A DNA stretch of 26,059 nt from assembly GCA_001179505.1 (NCBI GenBank), contig CDMY01000736.1:1-26059 (forward strand). The letters are read 5' to 3'. The first letter of the stretch is position 1, and each line of letters begins with the position of its first letter. Source of the DNA: Vitrella brassicaformis CCMP3155. Lineage: Eukaryota > Protista > Chromerida. Both the position numbers and the translations under genes were made by a program. The notes below the pieces were generated by a model. That model was given only the letters and a program-made list of their open reading frames with translations, searched no databases and was not told the DNA's origin. Positions 9,164-19,553 of the stretch are shown here, piece by piece.

Positions 9164-10323
9164 TCGTCCGGTCCTCGTCCGTGGCACTGCCCATTTGGCT
9201 GTGGTTGGCGTCTCCGACCTTTCCTCGTCATGCTGCCCGCCGCAGCTCATCATATCGCTCAGCCTTATTGGCTCTTTCTCTGGCGTCCTTCTCGCCCCCC
9301 GGCACGCTCTCCCACATCCCCCCGAGCCTCAATTGGGTCTTCATCGTGAAGATCTGCATGACGACGCCGTCTCAGCGGACCGACGTGACGAGAACTGCAC
9401 TTGCTCCTGCCTGGGACATGCGGCTTCCCCCCCGTCCCCGTTCGTCAGAGTGTGCTGAACCGCTGGTGTTGCCGCGGTGAAGCTGCAATGATGCTTGCGT
9501 AGGGATGGGAGGGCATCTGCTTCATTGCATGGTTCGCTTGTTGCACTGGCACCGTGATCATGATGTGCTCTGTGTGGTGTGCGCGGAGGCGGTCTGTCAT
9601 GTCTTGTCATTTGGATGGTCTCTGTGTCTGAGGTAGCCTATCACGTGAGGTCGCACGCCGCCATGTCTTTTCTTTTGCGTGCGCATGATTACGCGTGTGG
9701 TTATACTTCGGCGTGCCTCTATGCATTGAGACCAGACTCCTGTCGTCCGGTCCTCGTCCGTGGCACTGCCCATTTGGCTGTGGTTGGCGTCTCCGACCTT
9801 TCCTCGTCATGCTGCCCGCCGCAGCTCATCATATCGCTCAGCCTTATTGGCTCTTTCTCTGGCGTCCTTCTCGCCCCCCGGCACGCTCTCCCACATCCCC
9901 CCGAGCCTCAATTGGGTCTTCATCGTGAAGATCTGCATGACGACGCCGTCTCAGCGGACCGACGTGACGAGAACTGCACTTGCTCCTGCCTGGGACATGC
10001 GGCTTCCCCCCCGTCCCCGTTCGTCAGAGTGTGCTGAACCGCTGGTGTTGCCGCGGTGAAGCTGCAATGATGCTTGCGTAGGGATGGGAGGGCATCTGCT
10101 TCATTGCATGGTTCGCTTGTTGCACTGGCACCGTGATCATGATGTGCTCTGTGTGGTGTGCGCGGAGGCGGTCTGTCATGTCTTGTCATTTGGATGGTCT
10201 CTGTGTCTGAGGTAGCCTATCACGTGAGGTCGCACGCCGCCATGTCTTTTCTTTTGCGTGCGCATGATTACGCGTGTGGTTATACTTCGGCGTGCCTCTA
10301 TGCATTGAGACCAGACTCCTGTC
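9164..10323 (+). repeat. Perfect tandem duplication, 579-bp unit
   Basis: 9164-9742 repeats at 9743-10321, with TC microhomology at the junction. Duplicated ORFs are offset by 579. Confidence 0.92.
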
Positions 10324-10388
10324 ATTCATGGTGCTGCCTCTGTCCGTCTGTGGGACCCTTCTTGCCTCTGTCTGTCTAGCTTGCTTCC

Positions 10389-10688
10389 NNNNNNNNNNNN
10401 NNNNNNNNNNNNNNNNNNNNNNNNNNNNNNNNNNNNNNNNNNNNNNNNNNNNNNNNNNNNNNNNNNNNNNNNNNNNNNNNNNNNNNNNNNNNNNNNNNNN
10501 NNNNNNNNNNNNNNNNNNNNNNNNNNNNNNNNNNNNNNNNNNNNNNNNNNNNNNNNNNNNNNNNNNNNNNNNNNNNNNNNNNNNNNNNNNNNNNNNNNNN
10601 NNNNNNNNNNNNNNNNNNNNNNNNNNNNNNNNNNNNNNNNNNNNNNNNNNNNNNNNNNNNNNNNNNNNNNNNNNNNNNNNNNNNNNNN
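10389..10688. other. Assembly gap (300 N)
   Basis: Run of N. Confidence 1.
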
Positions 10689-11070
10689 GTTTTTTGCGAT
10701 AGGCCGTGCGCTTGTTTCGATTGGCCGTGGGCCTGAGGAGTTACCTTTTCCGGCCGTGAGCCGGTGTCAAGGTAGGCCGTGTGCCTATTAGGGCGTGACC
10801 GCTGCTGCAGGCCGTGTGCCTGGATCTTCCCGTGTTTGTCTCCCTGCCTGGCCCAGTGCTACAGGGTGGCATGAAATGACACACGGACAGTTAACACACG
10901 AGAAGAAACATGACACTGAAGAGCATTTCGCCTCATCGTTGATGATATACCGCTGCGCTGATGAAGGGAGGGAGATGTCAGCATCTCTCCCGTGTTCTAG
11001 AATTGAGCAGGATTAGGGTAGCCGTTGTGAAACTGACAGATTAAGGCAACCGCCCTTATTCTGTCAAGCG
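10689..11070 (+). repeat. Non-coding repeat block, copy 2
   Basis: Offset 2024 from 8665; identical through 11046. Confidence 0.9.
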
Positions 11071-11312
11071 AGTTAGGGAAGGCAAAAGACGAGGAAGATC
11101 GGGGGAGAACTGAACCGAAGTGTATGTGTACGTATTGGACTTGTCAAACTTTGGTTCAATGGTGTTTATTGAAGTTCTTGTTCGCTCTGGGGTGGCCACC
11201 CGGGCCCTCTGGAGGTTGGCTTAGTGTCCGTCGTTCAAAGTTACATCACTCACCCATTCTACCACTAGACACGGCTCCATCGGCACAGCCACAAGCCGAC
11301 CCGGGAGCATTT

Positions 11313-11330
11313 TGGTGCATCTGCCGTGAA
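11313..11330 (+). promoter_or_regulatory. Primer binding site, probably tRNA-Gly
   Basis: TGGTGCATCTGCCGTGAA, 3 nt after an LTR-type CA. Resembles the complement of eukaryotic tRNA-Gly(GCC) 3' ends (TGGTGCAYNNGCCGGGAA, from memory). Confidence 0.75.
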
Positions 11331-11381
11331 GCGAAGCACGGCGGTCGAGTGACGTCGTGTTTGGACGACAGACTGGACACA

Positions 11382-12790
11382 ATGGCAAAGACCCGAAGCG
11401 GTCGGGATACGCAGGGATCCTCTCCTGCACATGCGGCGAAGCCGATCACCAAGGCGGCTAAGCCGAGGAAGCAAAGGACACGTGTGAGTGAACCATCACG
11501 TGAAGTGATTCGACCCACCAAGGAGGCCTCACACGCAAATGTAGCTGGTGTCTCAGCCATAGAGGAGGCACCACATGAACAAGGCGCACTGGCGCATGTC
11601 AATGATGGCACAAGTAGCCCAATCGACCTCTCACACACAGACGTGCATGAGGGCAGCGGCCGTCTTTTTGGCCAGGGTGACCGCAGGCCAGCACATGACA
11701 TACAGAGGCCTCAAGTGAACCTTCAGCCTTTCAAAGGCACGTCAGACCTTGCTGTCGATGCATTCATTGATGGGGTCAGGGCAGATGAGCAAGTGCATAA
11801 CCTCGAGAGAGGTCAAATACTGCCATACGTCATGGCTGCACTGCAAGGCACTGCACTCAGAAGGGTGAACCGATGGATGAATGAACCGGGGAGTGCATTC
11901 AAGAGTAGTAGCAATAAGGCAGTACAGCTAGAGCTGCTCTTAGGCTACTACTAAAGGAATTCGGGCAGAAGCCATCAGAGGCACTCGTGATCGCAGAGAC
12001 CATGAAAGCATGGCGGCAAAAGCCCAAGCAGGCATTCAAGGAAGCATACGATGAGTTCTACGAACTCTACGACAAGTCAAGCAAACCAGAGCCAGAGGCA
12101 GTCGACCTATTCATCAGTGGCTTGCAGCGCCAGCTGAGGGACGAAATATACCGCAAGAACACCGACCCACGCTCATTCAGCGCCATCAAGGATATCGGCT
12201 TTGACGCTGAAGTGATTGTAATGCGCACGCGCAAGCACCCACTAGATGAAGAGGAAGAAAGCGATGCCGAAATGACGCGACCATCAAAAGCCGCTCGATA
12301 TGAGCTACATGCGGTCGGTCAGCAACCTGAGCAGCAGCCCAACAAAGCCAAAACAGGAGCGTCAGGCGAGAAGTGTGTTGAGTCGGTGCTTGCCTCTGTC
12401 AATGCCATGAAGGCAGAGGTCATCGAGAGCATCAAGGAGCTGAGAAGCGGCCCATACAAACCACCTACACATGGGGCAAGCAACCAAAGGGCACCGAATG
12501 GCACCAATGGACGGTGGCCGAGACGCCCACAGTGGGACAGAAACAGGGGCAACATGCCGACAAGACGCCCCTTTGATGGCCTCTGCCACTATTGCAAACA
12601 ACAAGGCCATCGGATAAGGGACTGCCGACTCAGGCAGCGACACATGCTGGAGTGGCAAGCCAGACAGCAGCACGGATACAGACCTACACCACCGACAACA
12701 GGGGCAAAGACAACCAGACTGGAGCCCAATTCCGTAGCCCCTCCTTCTCTCACACCACCGCCAGCGCACCCGCATCTGGGAAACGAATAG
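11382..12790 (+). pseudogene. Gypsy gag, frameshifted at about 11950, with CCHC zinc knuckle
   Basis: ATG 11382 (MAKTRSG). Capsid-like WRQKPKQ...EAVDLFISGLQ. CHYCKQQGHRIRDC at 12584-12625. Confidence 0.85.
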
Positions 12791-12817
12791 GCCCTCCGCA
12801 GCAGGGCGGGCGAGGGG
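12778..12817 (+). promoter_or_regulatory. -1 programmed ribosomal frameshift signal (gag-pol)
   Basis: G GGA AAC is in the gag frame just before the gag stop. A 6-nt spacer precedes the GCCCT/AGGGC stem. The -1 frame is open (ORF 12592-13563). Confidence 0.75.
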
Positions 12818-13539
12818 ACACAATACAAGGAGAGACCGCCCTACACACACCACACGGGAACCGCCAAGTAGTCAGAGCAATGCACGCAGACACTGATTTG
12901 TCACGTACCGACAGAGTGAGGTGTCGAGGTGATGAGCTCATGCGTGAGCTTGTGATGACGTTGTACACGCCAAGCGCGTTGACTGACCCCCACACTTGCC
13001 GGGCACTCAAAAAGAGGAGAGTCGATCCCACTGTTGGCTGCGGCCGGCAGCTGGAAGAGGTTTCGTCGTTGGCTCGTGAAACAGCCGCGAGTCGACGAGT
13101 GCACACAGAAAGAGAAAGAGTCGATCCATCCGCTCGTGGCGACCAAGAGGTGAAGGCGGCTTCGGCGGCAGCCTGCCTTGGACGTGAGGCCACACGAGTC
13201 GATCCGGCTGAGGAGTGCCAGCCGATGGAGCGCGATGATGAGGTTGCCGCGCATGGTCGGGCCGCAGGCAATGCGGAAGCCCCAACCAAGGGAGAGGAAG
13301 AACGGCAGGAGGGGACGCCTTCCTGTGGCGAGGTTCTTCAGGCAACGAGACCTAACACACAGACAGACGGCACAGACACGGACGGAAGGGGTCAGAATAA
13401 GTATGGTGCTTTTGGATGGCGTGGTGACACACCAGTGGCTCATGCACTTGTGCATCATATTGATGACGACTCGAATGGGAGGCTGCATTGCTGCGTAGCG
13501 GAAACGCGCGAGAGAGATGGGGATGGCGTGCCTGCATCA

Positions 13540-13900
13540 GATGGCAGACATACGTACGAATGAGAGTGAATGGTGTGAGAATGCATGTGTTGGTTGATAC
13601 TAGTGCTGACCTGAGTTCGATGAGTGCCCGGATGCTCGACAAGCTTCGAGAAGGGAATAGTCAAGTGACGATCGGTCCTGCTGACGTCAAGCTAAGTCAA
13701 GGGGGTCGTTAAGGCCTTTTTGTTGCCTGACACGACAGACACACGAACAATCGCCGACCCCATAGCTGTCGATTTTTATGTCGTTGATGACCCGAAATAT
13801 GTCGTCCTACTTGGCGGCAAAGCAATCCGTGGAGAAAAAGTCATCATTGACCACAGCAATGGCAAAGTGCACGTCACGTCACGGCCGAGATGGCCACCTA
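13540..13900 (+). pseudogene. Gypsy aspartic protease, disrupted
   Basis: YVRMRVNGVRMHVLVDTSADLSSM, with DTS replacing DTG at 13596-13604, and later FYVV...VLLG. Split over frames. Confidence 0.75.
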
Positions 13901-14599
13901 TGGACATACACGCCCCACAAACAGGCAGAACAAATGGCCTGAGCATCGCAGCTGTTGGGCTGGCTCGATTGGACATACCTCTGGGACAGAAGAGGCCGAC
14001 TTACCAGGTCCTCATAACGAAGAAGACAGCCATTCCAGCCGGCAGAGACACATGGGTGCGTGCACGGTTGAGTGGGCCTGACCGACCTGGCGATGGACAG
14101 ATAGGGGAGATTGGTTGTCTCTTAGTGCATCCAGCGCTCACGTACCATAAGAGGCGCATGGCTTCATGTTGACGATGGAGTGACGGAAGTCAAATCCGGC
14201 CGTCGTGTGTACATCTGCATCAGCAACACGTCACACAAGAGGGTCGTCCTCCCCAGGAATCGCCTGCTAGGCTGGTTTGCCGTACTCCCAGCACCCGAGA
14301 CACAGTCGTTGCCTGGCGGGGCGGGACAGATCACAGCAGTCAGAGTGGCTGATGCTGATGTCGTACCTTGTGAGATCGATAGAGAGCGGATTGATCACTT
14401 GATGGCCACGCAGCCACAAACAGAAGACGTCCGTAGCTACCCAGGTGCTGCCGAAATCACCCATGAGATACAAATCGGCAAAGGCCTGACGGACCACCAG
14501 AAAACACGGGCAGTGGATGTGATCAAAGCAGCACAACGGACGGGCATGTTCTCGTGTGACAAGAACGACCTTGGCCATGTCGATCCGTCTTTTGGCGTC

Positions 14600-15800
14600 C
14601 ATCGTATCAATGTGGGTGGCATCCCTCCGTACATGAAGCCTAGCAGGCTGGCGCAGGCGGAACACGAGGAAGCTCTGAAGATAGTGAGCGACTTGAAGAG
14701 CAGCGGTGTCGTCGAACCTGCTGATTCTGAGTACAATGCGGCTATCGTAATGGTCAGGAAGAAATATGGCAGTTGGCGTCTGTGTGTGGACTATCGCTGG
14801 CTCAACGAAATCACTCAGAAGTCTCGCTACGCCCCACCTTTGATCGATCAGTCTTTTGGTTCCCTCCAGGGCATGTCGTGGTTCACAACGCTCGATGCGA
14901 CGTCGGGATTTTGGCAGGTCGAAGTCAGCCCAGAAGACAGGCACAAGACGGCCTTCTCGGTCAACGGGCAATGGGTCCGCATGCCCATGGGCCTGTGCAA
15001 CAGCGTAGCGACATTCCAAAGGTGATGGACAAGGCGTTAGCACCAGTGCTTTGGAAGAGTGCATTTGTGTATGTCGATGACATAGTGATCTTCTCACGCA
15101 CCTTTGAGGATCACTGCAGGCACATCCTTGAGGTCTTCTGATTGCTGCAGGCAGCAAACATCAAAGTGAAGCCGAGTGAGTGCACCTTTTTCGCACGCAA
15201 GATATCCGTACTTGGCTTCATTCTCTCGAGACGGACTAGAAGCCGACCCAAAGAAGGTCGAGGGCATCATCAATCAGCCTGAACCAACGAACCAAAAGGA
15301 GCTGCGTAGCGTCCTTGGTGGTCTGCAGTTGTACAAGCGATTCGTGGAAGGCTACGCCGATGCGGCTCGGCCCCTCACTGACCTTACTAAGAAAGATGTG
15401 CCATTTGAGTGGGGGAACGCCCAACGAAACGCACTGAACACACTCAAGAGAGATGACAGAGGCACCTGTGCTGGTGTCGCCTGACTTTTCGAAGCCGTTC
15501 GTGCTCAAGACAGACGCGAGTGACTATGCGATTGGAGCAATTCTCTGCCAGCGAGACGACAAAGGGCACGAAAGACCGATCCATTACGTGAGCCACATTT
15601 TCGCTGAGTCTGAGCGCAAGTGGTCGGCCACAGAGAGAGAGGCGTATGCAATCTTTTTCTTCGTGCGCTACTTCCGTCCGTACCTTTTCGGGCGAGGATT
15701 GAGTTGGTGTCCGACCACCAGGCGTTGAGAGCGTTGAAACACGCAGAGGGAAGCAACCGGAAGCTCAACAGATGGTCAGGGATGCTCCAAGATTATGACT
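14600..15800 (+). pseudogene. Gypsy reverse transcriptase and RNase H, disrupted
   Basis: WRLCVDYRWLN, LDATSGFWQV, KTAF, MPMGLCNS, YVDD (15070-15081), FVLKTDASDYAIGAIL, YSATEREAY-like, DHQAL. Frameshifts and stops present. Confidence 0.92.
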
Positions 15801-16060
15801 TTGTCTTCTGCCATCGACCTGGAACACGGAGACGTGGATGCAATGTCACGGCCTTCTGGCGTGCAAGAAAACGCCGAGCACATGCCTACGACGAGTGACG
15901 AAGAGGCATATCAATTGGGCGCTGTTGAGTCGGAATTGGTTGACGCCAACATCGATGCGATTGAGCTAAGATCCATGGCTGCCAGTCCGCTGTTCTATCT
16001 CAATAAGATCAAGAAAGCTCAAGACCAATGTGCCGAGGTCTCGTGCGTCAAGGCATACCT

Positions 16061-16360
16061 NNNNNNNNNNNNNNNNNNNNNNNNNNNNNNNNNNNNNNNN
16101 NNNNNNNNNNNNNNNNNNNNNNNNNNNNNNNNNNNNNNNNNNNNNNNNNNNNNNNNNNNNNNNNNNNNNNNNNNNNNNNNNNNNNNNNNNNNNNNNNNNN
16201 NNNNNNNNNNNNNNNNNNNNNNNNNNNNNNNNNNNNNNNNNNNNNNNNNNNNNNNNNNNNNNNNNNNNNNNNNNNNNNNNNNNNNNNNNNNNNNNNNNNN
16301 NNNNNNNNNNNNNNNNNNNNNNNNNNNNNNNNNNNNNNNNNNNNNNNNNNNNNNNNNNNN
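16061..16360. other. Assembly gap (300 N) flanked by a 684-bp exact duplication
   Basis: 15377-16060 equals 16361-17044, and both copies abut the gap. Confidence 0.95.
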
Positions 16361-16778
16361 ACTGACCTTACTAAGAAAGATGTGCCATTTGAGTGGGGGA
16401 ACGCCCAACGAAACGCACTGAACACACTCAAGAGAGATGACAGAGGCACCTGTGCTGGTGTCGCCTGACTTTTCGAAGCCGTTCGTGCTCAAGACAGACG
16501 CGAGTGACTATGCGATTGGAGCAATTCTCTGCCAGCGAGACGACAAAGGGCACGAAAGACCGATCCATTACGTGAGCCACATTTTCGCTGAGTCTGAGCG
16601 CAAGTGGTCGGCCACAGAGAGAGAGGCGTATGCAATCTTTTTCTTCGTGCGCTACTTCCGTCCGTACCTTTTCGGGCGAGGATTGAGTTGGTGTCCGACC
16701 ACCAGGCGTTGAGAGCGTTGAAACACGCAGAGGGAAGCAACCGGAAGCTCAACAGATGGTCAGGGATGCTCCAAGATT

Positions 16779-18899
16779 ATGACTTTGTCTTCTGCCATCG
16801 ACCTGGAACACGGAGACGTGGATGCAATGTCACGGCCTTCTGGCGTGCAAGAAAACGCCGAGCACATGCCTACGACGAGTGACGAAGAGGCATATCAATT
16901 GGGCGCTGTTGAGTCGGAATTGGTTGACGCCAACATCGATGCGATTGAGCTAAGATCCATGGCTGCCAGTCCGCTGTTCTATCTCAATAAGATCAAGAAA
17001 GCTCAAGACCAATGTGCCGAGGTCTCGTGCGTCAAGGCATACCTGAAGGCACAAGAGAGCAAAGCAGCCAACGAAGAGCTCGATCAGTTGCGCAATGCCA
17101 TTCCCAGGGCGTACTGGCCGAAGCTCGACAGCGTGTGCTTACATAATGGGCTTGTATCGATCGTGTCGAAGCACCAAGAGCATGGTCCAGTCCTGCTCGT
17201 GCCCACGTCACTGAGGAAAGAGGCGCTGGTACTGCATCATGAGCACGTCTGCGGCGGCCACCTGGCAGTCGAGAGGGCATACAAACGGATGGCGCAACAA
17301 TACTATTGGCCTGGTATGTACATGGACCTTCGGAAGCATACAGAGGCATGTCAGAAGTGCCAAGGCATACGGAACCTGCTGGCAAGCAAGAGAGCGAGCA
17401 TCCAGACAGCATCAGCCGAATGGCCATTCCAGAAAGTGGCAATGGATTTCATCGGTCCCCTGCCGACCTCTCTGAGTGGCAAGTCGTTTGCGCTCACCGT
17501 CCAGGATACTTTTACCAAGTGGCCAGAGGTCTTCACGTTTTCGAAGGCACCTGGAACCGGCCCGACTGGCGAGGACGTAGTCGGAGCGCTCATGGATGTG
17601 ATCTCGAGGCACGGGCACATCAATGAAATAGTCACGGACAATGGCTCGCACTTTGTCAGTGATGTGATGCGCGAAGTAATGGCCAGGCTGCGCATCAAGC
17701 ACACAACAACATCACCGATGCATCCGCAGGCCGATGGGCTGATCGAACGCTACAACCGTACCTTGAAGGATTGGATGCGCCCATATCTCAACAAGGAGCA
17801 AAGCAACTGGGACGATGCAATTTCCTTGGTCTTGTCCGCGTATCGTACGACGGAGCATGAGTCGACAGGATTCACGCCATTCAAGATGCTGTACGGCCGA
17901 GAAGCGGTGCATCCGAGCAGCACGGCAAGGCTTGTCGCGAGGAATGCAGAGCCAATCGACATCGAGGAAGCCGTCAAGCTGATACAAGAGGGTCTTCGAG
18001 TGGTTCATGAGATAGCTTCTGAGACGATGAGCAAGAAGAAGAAGCAGGCTGCTGAGCGCGAGAAGGATTTGCCTGCACCAAGGCAATTCAAGGAAGGAGA
18101 CAGAGTGCGCATATACAATGACCAAGTGCATAAGGGTCTCAGCAGGAAGCTGGCCTCACCTTGGCGGACAGTCGGCATCGTTCAGGAGAAGAAAGGACCA
18201 GTCACCTACAAGGTCCGTGTGTGTGGCGATCAAAAGGCGAGGACCATCAATGTCGATCGGCTGAAGAGAGCACCACCACCAGGAGACGGGAAGTTGATCG
18301 AAGTGACGGAAGGCGACCTGAAGAGGGACAGAAGGCAGACAGTCTTCAACCAGGACGCATTCTTGTCGCCTGAGCAAGAGCGAACCTTGAAGGATTTTGC
18401 CCTCAAGGAAAACCGAGTGCGGACAGCCCGAACGCAGAGATCGTCAGAGGCCACATTTGATCCGATGGCACATGACCCGAGCCTCAGACACGTCCAACCA
18501 GACCAGCGATTTGAGCGTGGCGAGCGACACGAAGTCGAACAGGTCATCGGGAAGAGGACGCACCACGGCAAGGTTCAGTACAAGCTCAAATGGCGCTGGT
18601 ATCCGCTTTCGCACGCGACCTGGGAAGACGAAGAGAACCTCACTTGCACCGAGCTCGTACAGGAATACGAAAACAGTGAAGACGTGCCTGACCTGGACGA
18701 GCATGCTTCGCTCTTTCCCGCGTCGTATTCTGTGGTGAGAGTCCGCCATGTAAAGGAGCTCAATCGCGAGCACACCGTCAAGGTGACGAGGTTGGAGAAG
18801 GAAGGCATACAGCTACAGTATCTGAAAGGAACCGACGCGCACAAAGAGACTAAGGAAGGAGAGTCTCGTGGGACGGAAGCAGGACATTCCTTTGGCTAG
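16779..18899 (+). CDS. Gypsy integrase (HHCC, DDE, GPY/F) plus chromodomain; 3' part of pol, open over this span
   Basis: HEHVCGGH...YYWPGM...CQKC; MDFIGPLP; VTDNGSHF; HPQADGLIERYNRTLK; TGFTPFKMLYGR; KGPVTY; chromodomain EVEQVIGKR...YKLKWRWY...ATWEDEENL at about 18528-18670. Confidence 0.93.
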   Translation: MTLSSAIDLEHGDVDAMSRPSGVQENAEHMPTTSDEEAYQLGAVESELVDANIDAIELRSMAASPLFYLNKIKKAQDQCAEVSCVKAYLKAQESKAANEELDQLRNAIPRAYWPKLDSVCLHNGLVSIVSKHQEHGPVLLVPTSLRKEALVLHHEHVCGGHLAVERAYKRMAQQYYWPGMYMDLRKHTEACQKCQGIRNLLASKRASIQTASAEWPFQKVAMDFIGPLPTSLSGKSFALTVQDTFTKWPEVFTFSKAPGTGPTGEDVVGALMDVISRHGHINEIVTDNGSHFVSDVMREVMARLRIKHTTTSPMHPQADGLIERYNRTLKDWMRPYLNKEQSNWDDAISLVLSAYRTTEHESTGFTPFKMLYGREAVHPSSTARLVARNAEPIDIEEAVKLIQEGLRVVHEIASETMSKKKKQAAEREKDLPAPRQFKEGDRVRIYNDQVHKGLSRKLASPWRTVGIVQEKKGPVTYKVRVCGDQKARTINVDRLKRAPPPGDGKLIEVTEGDLKRDRRQTVFNQDAFLSPEQERTLKDFALKENRVRTARTQRSSEATFDPMAHDPSLRHVQPDQRFERGERHEVEQVIGKRTHHGKVQYKLKWRWYPLSHATWEDEENLTCTELVQEYENSEDVPDLDEHASLFPASYSVVRVRHVKELNREHTVKVTRLEKEGIQLQYLKGTDAHKETKEGESRGTEAGHSFG

Positions 18900-19543
18900 C
18901 TTCCTTCGGAATTACCAATGGGAGAGAGAGCGAGACGATCCAGCTAACGACCAGCATGGCAACCAACCACAATGCGTGGACTGACGAGCACCCAGCACGC
19001 TCGAAATGTTGCCTGAGGGATGACATAACCAACAGCAGCAGGCACAGCATCCATTTCTCTCTGTGCATGAATGTATGTGGGGGTGTGTTGCATGTGTGTG
19101 TGTGTACCTGTGTCGCTGCTGAGGGTCCGTGACTACATGACTGCATGATTACATAATTGCATGATCACATAATTGCGCACGGGGAAGGTGATGAGCGTGG
19201 TGGAGGCATGCACAGGAGTGGCAGGGACGCACTAATCGACGGCCTGGGGACGTTAGCAAGGTTAGGGGTTAGTGCTACACCAGTCCCACGCCGGGACCTA
19301 CATGGAAGTGTGTGTCGGCTCAGTGGTGCCCCGTGCGAGTAGACAAGGTGATAATCCTTCTGTGGTGACGTAGTGGGTTGGCCGAGGTCACCACAGAAGA
19401 AGGAAGGGAAAAGGCTGGACAGGCAGAGTGCGTAGTTGGGAAAGACGTTGGGTCCGAAGCGGCATGACGTGCTTGTGAGCGAGAAGGCATGGACATGGAC
19501 GATGGACGCCCTGCGCCGCGTTTCAAAACACGCATCTTTCTGC

Positions 19544-19553
19544 GGGAGAGGGA
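19544..19553 (+). other. Probable polypurine tract of the gypsy element
   Basis: CTTTCTGC-GGGAGAGGGA about 650 bp after the pol stop. The next bases are TA, not TG, so the 3' LTR start is uncertain. Confidence 0.5.

Larger units (their letters stand above)
11121..19553 (+). mobile_element. Decayed chromodomain-containing Ty3/gypsy LTR retrotransposon (left boundary uncertain)
   Basis: CA at 11308-11309, PBS, gag with CCHC knuckle, then PR-RT-RH-IN-chromodomain in gypsy order, and a PPT. Multiple stops and frameshifts. No clear LTR pair. Confidence 0.92.

Noticed and set aside
10274-16492. ORFs containing X runs
   Set aside because: Artefacts of translating through N gaps.
15377-17044. Apparent tandem duplication of RNase H and two RNase H ORF sets
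   Set aside because: The 684-bp exact copies both abut the 300-N gap, the signature of an unmerged contig overlap. Collapsing them gives a single pol.
19260-19272. Telomere-like GGTTAGGGGTTAG
   Set aside because: Fewer than two clean units; chance match.
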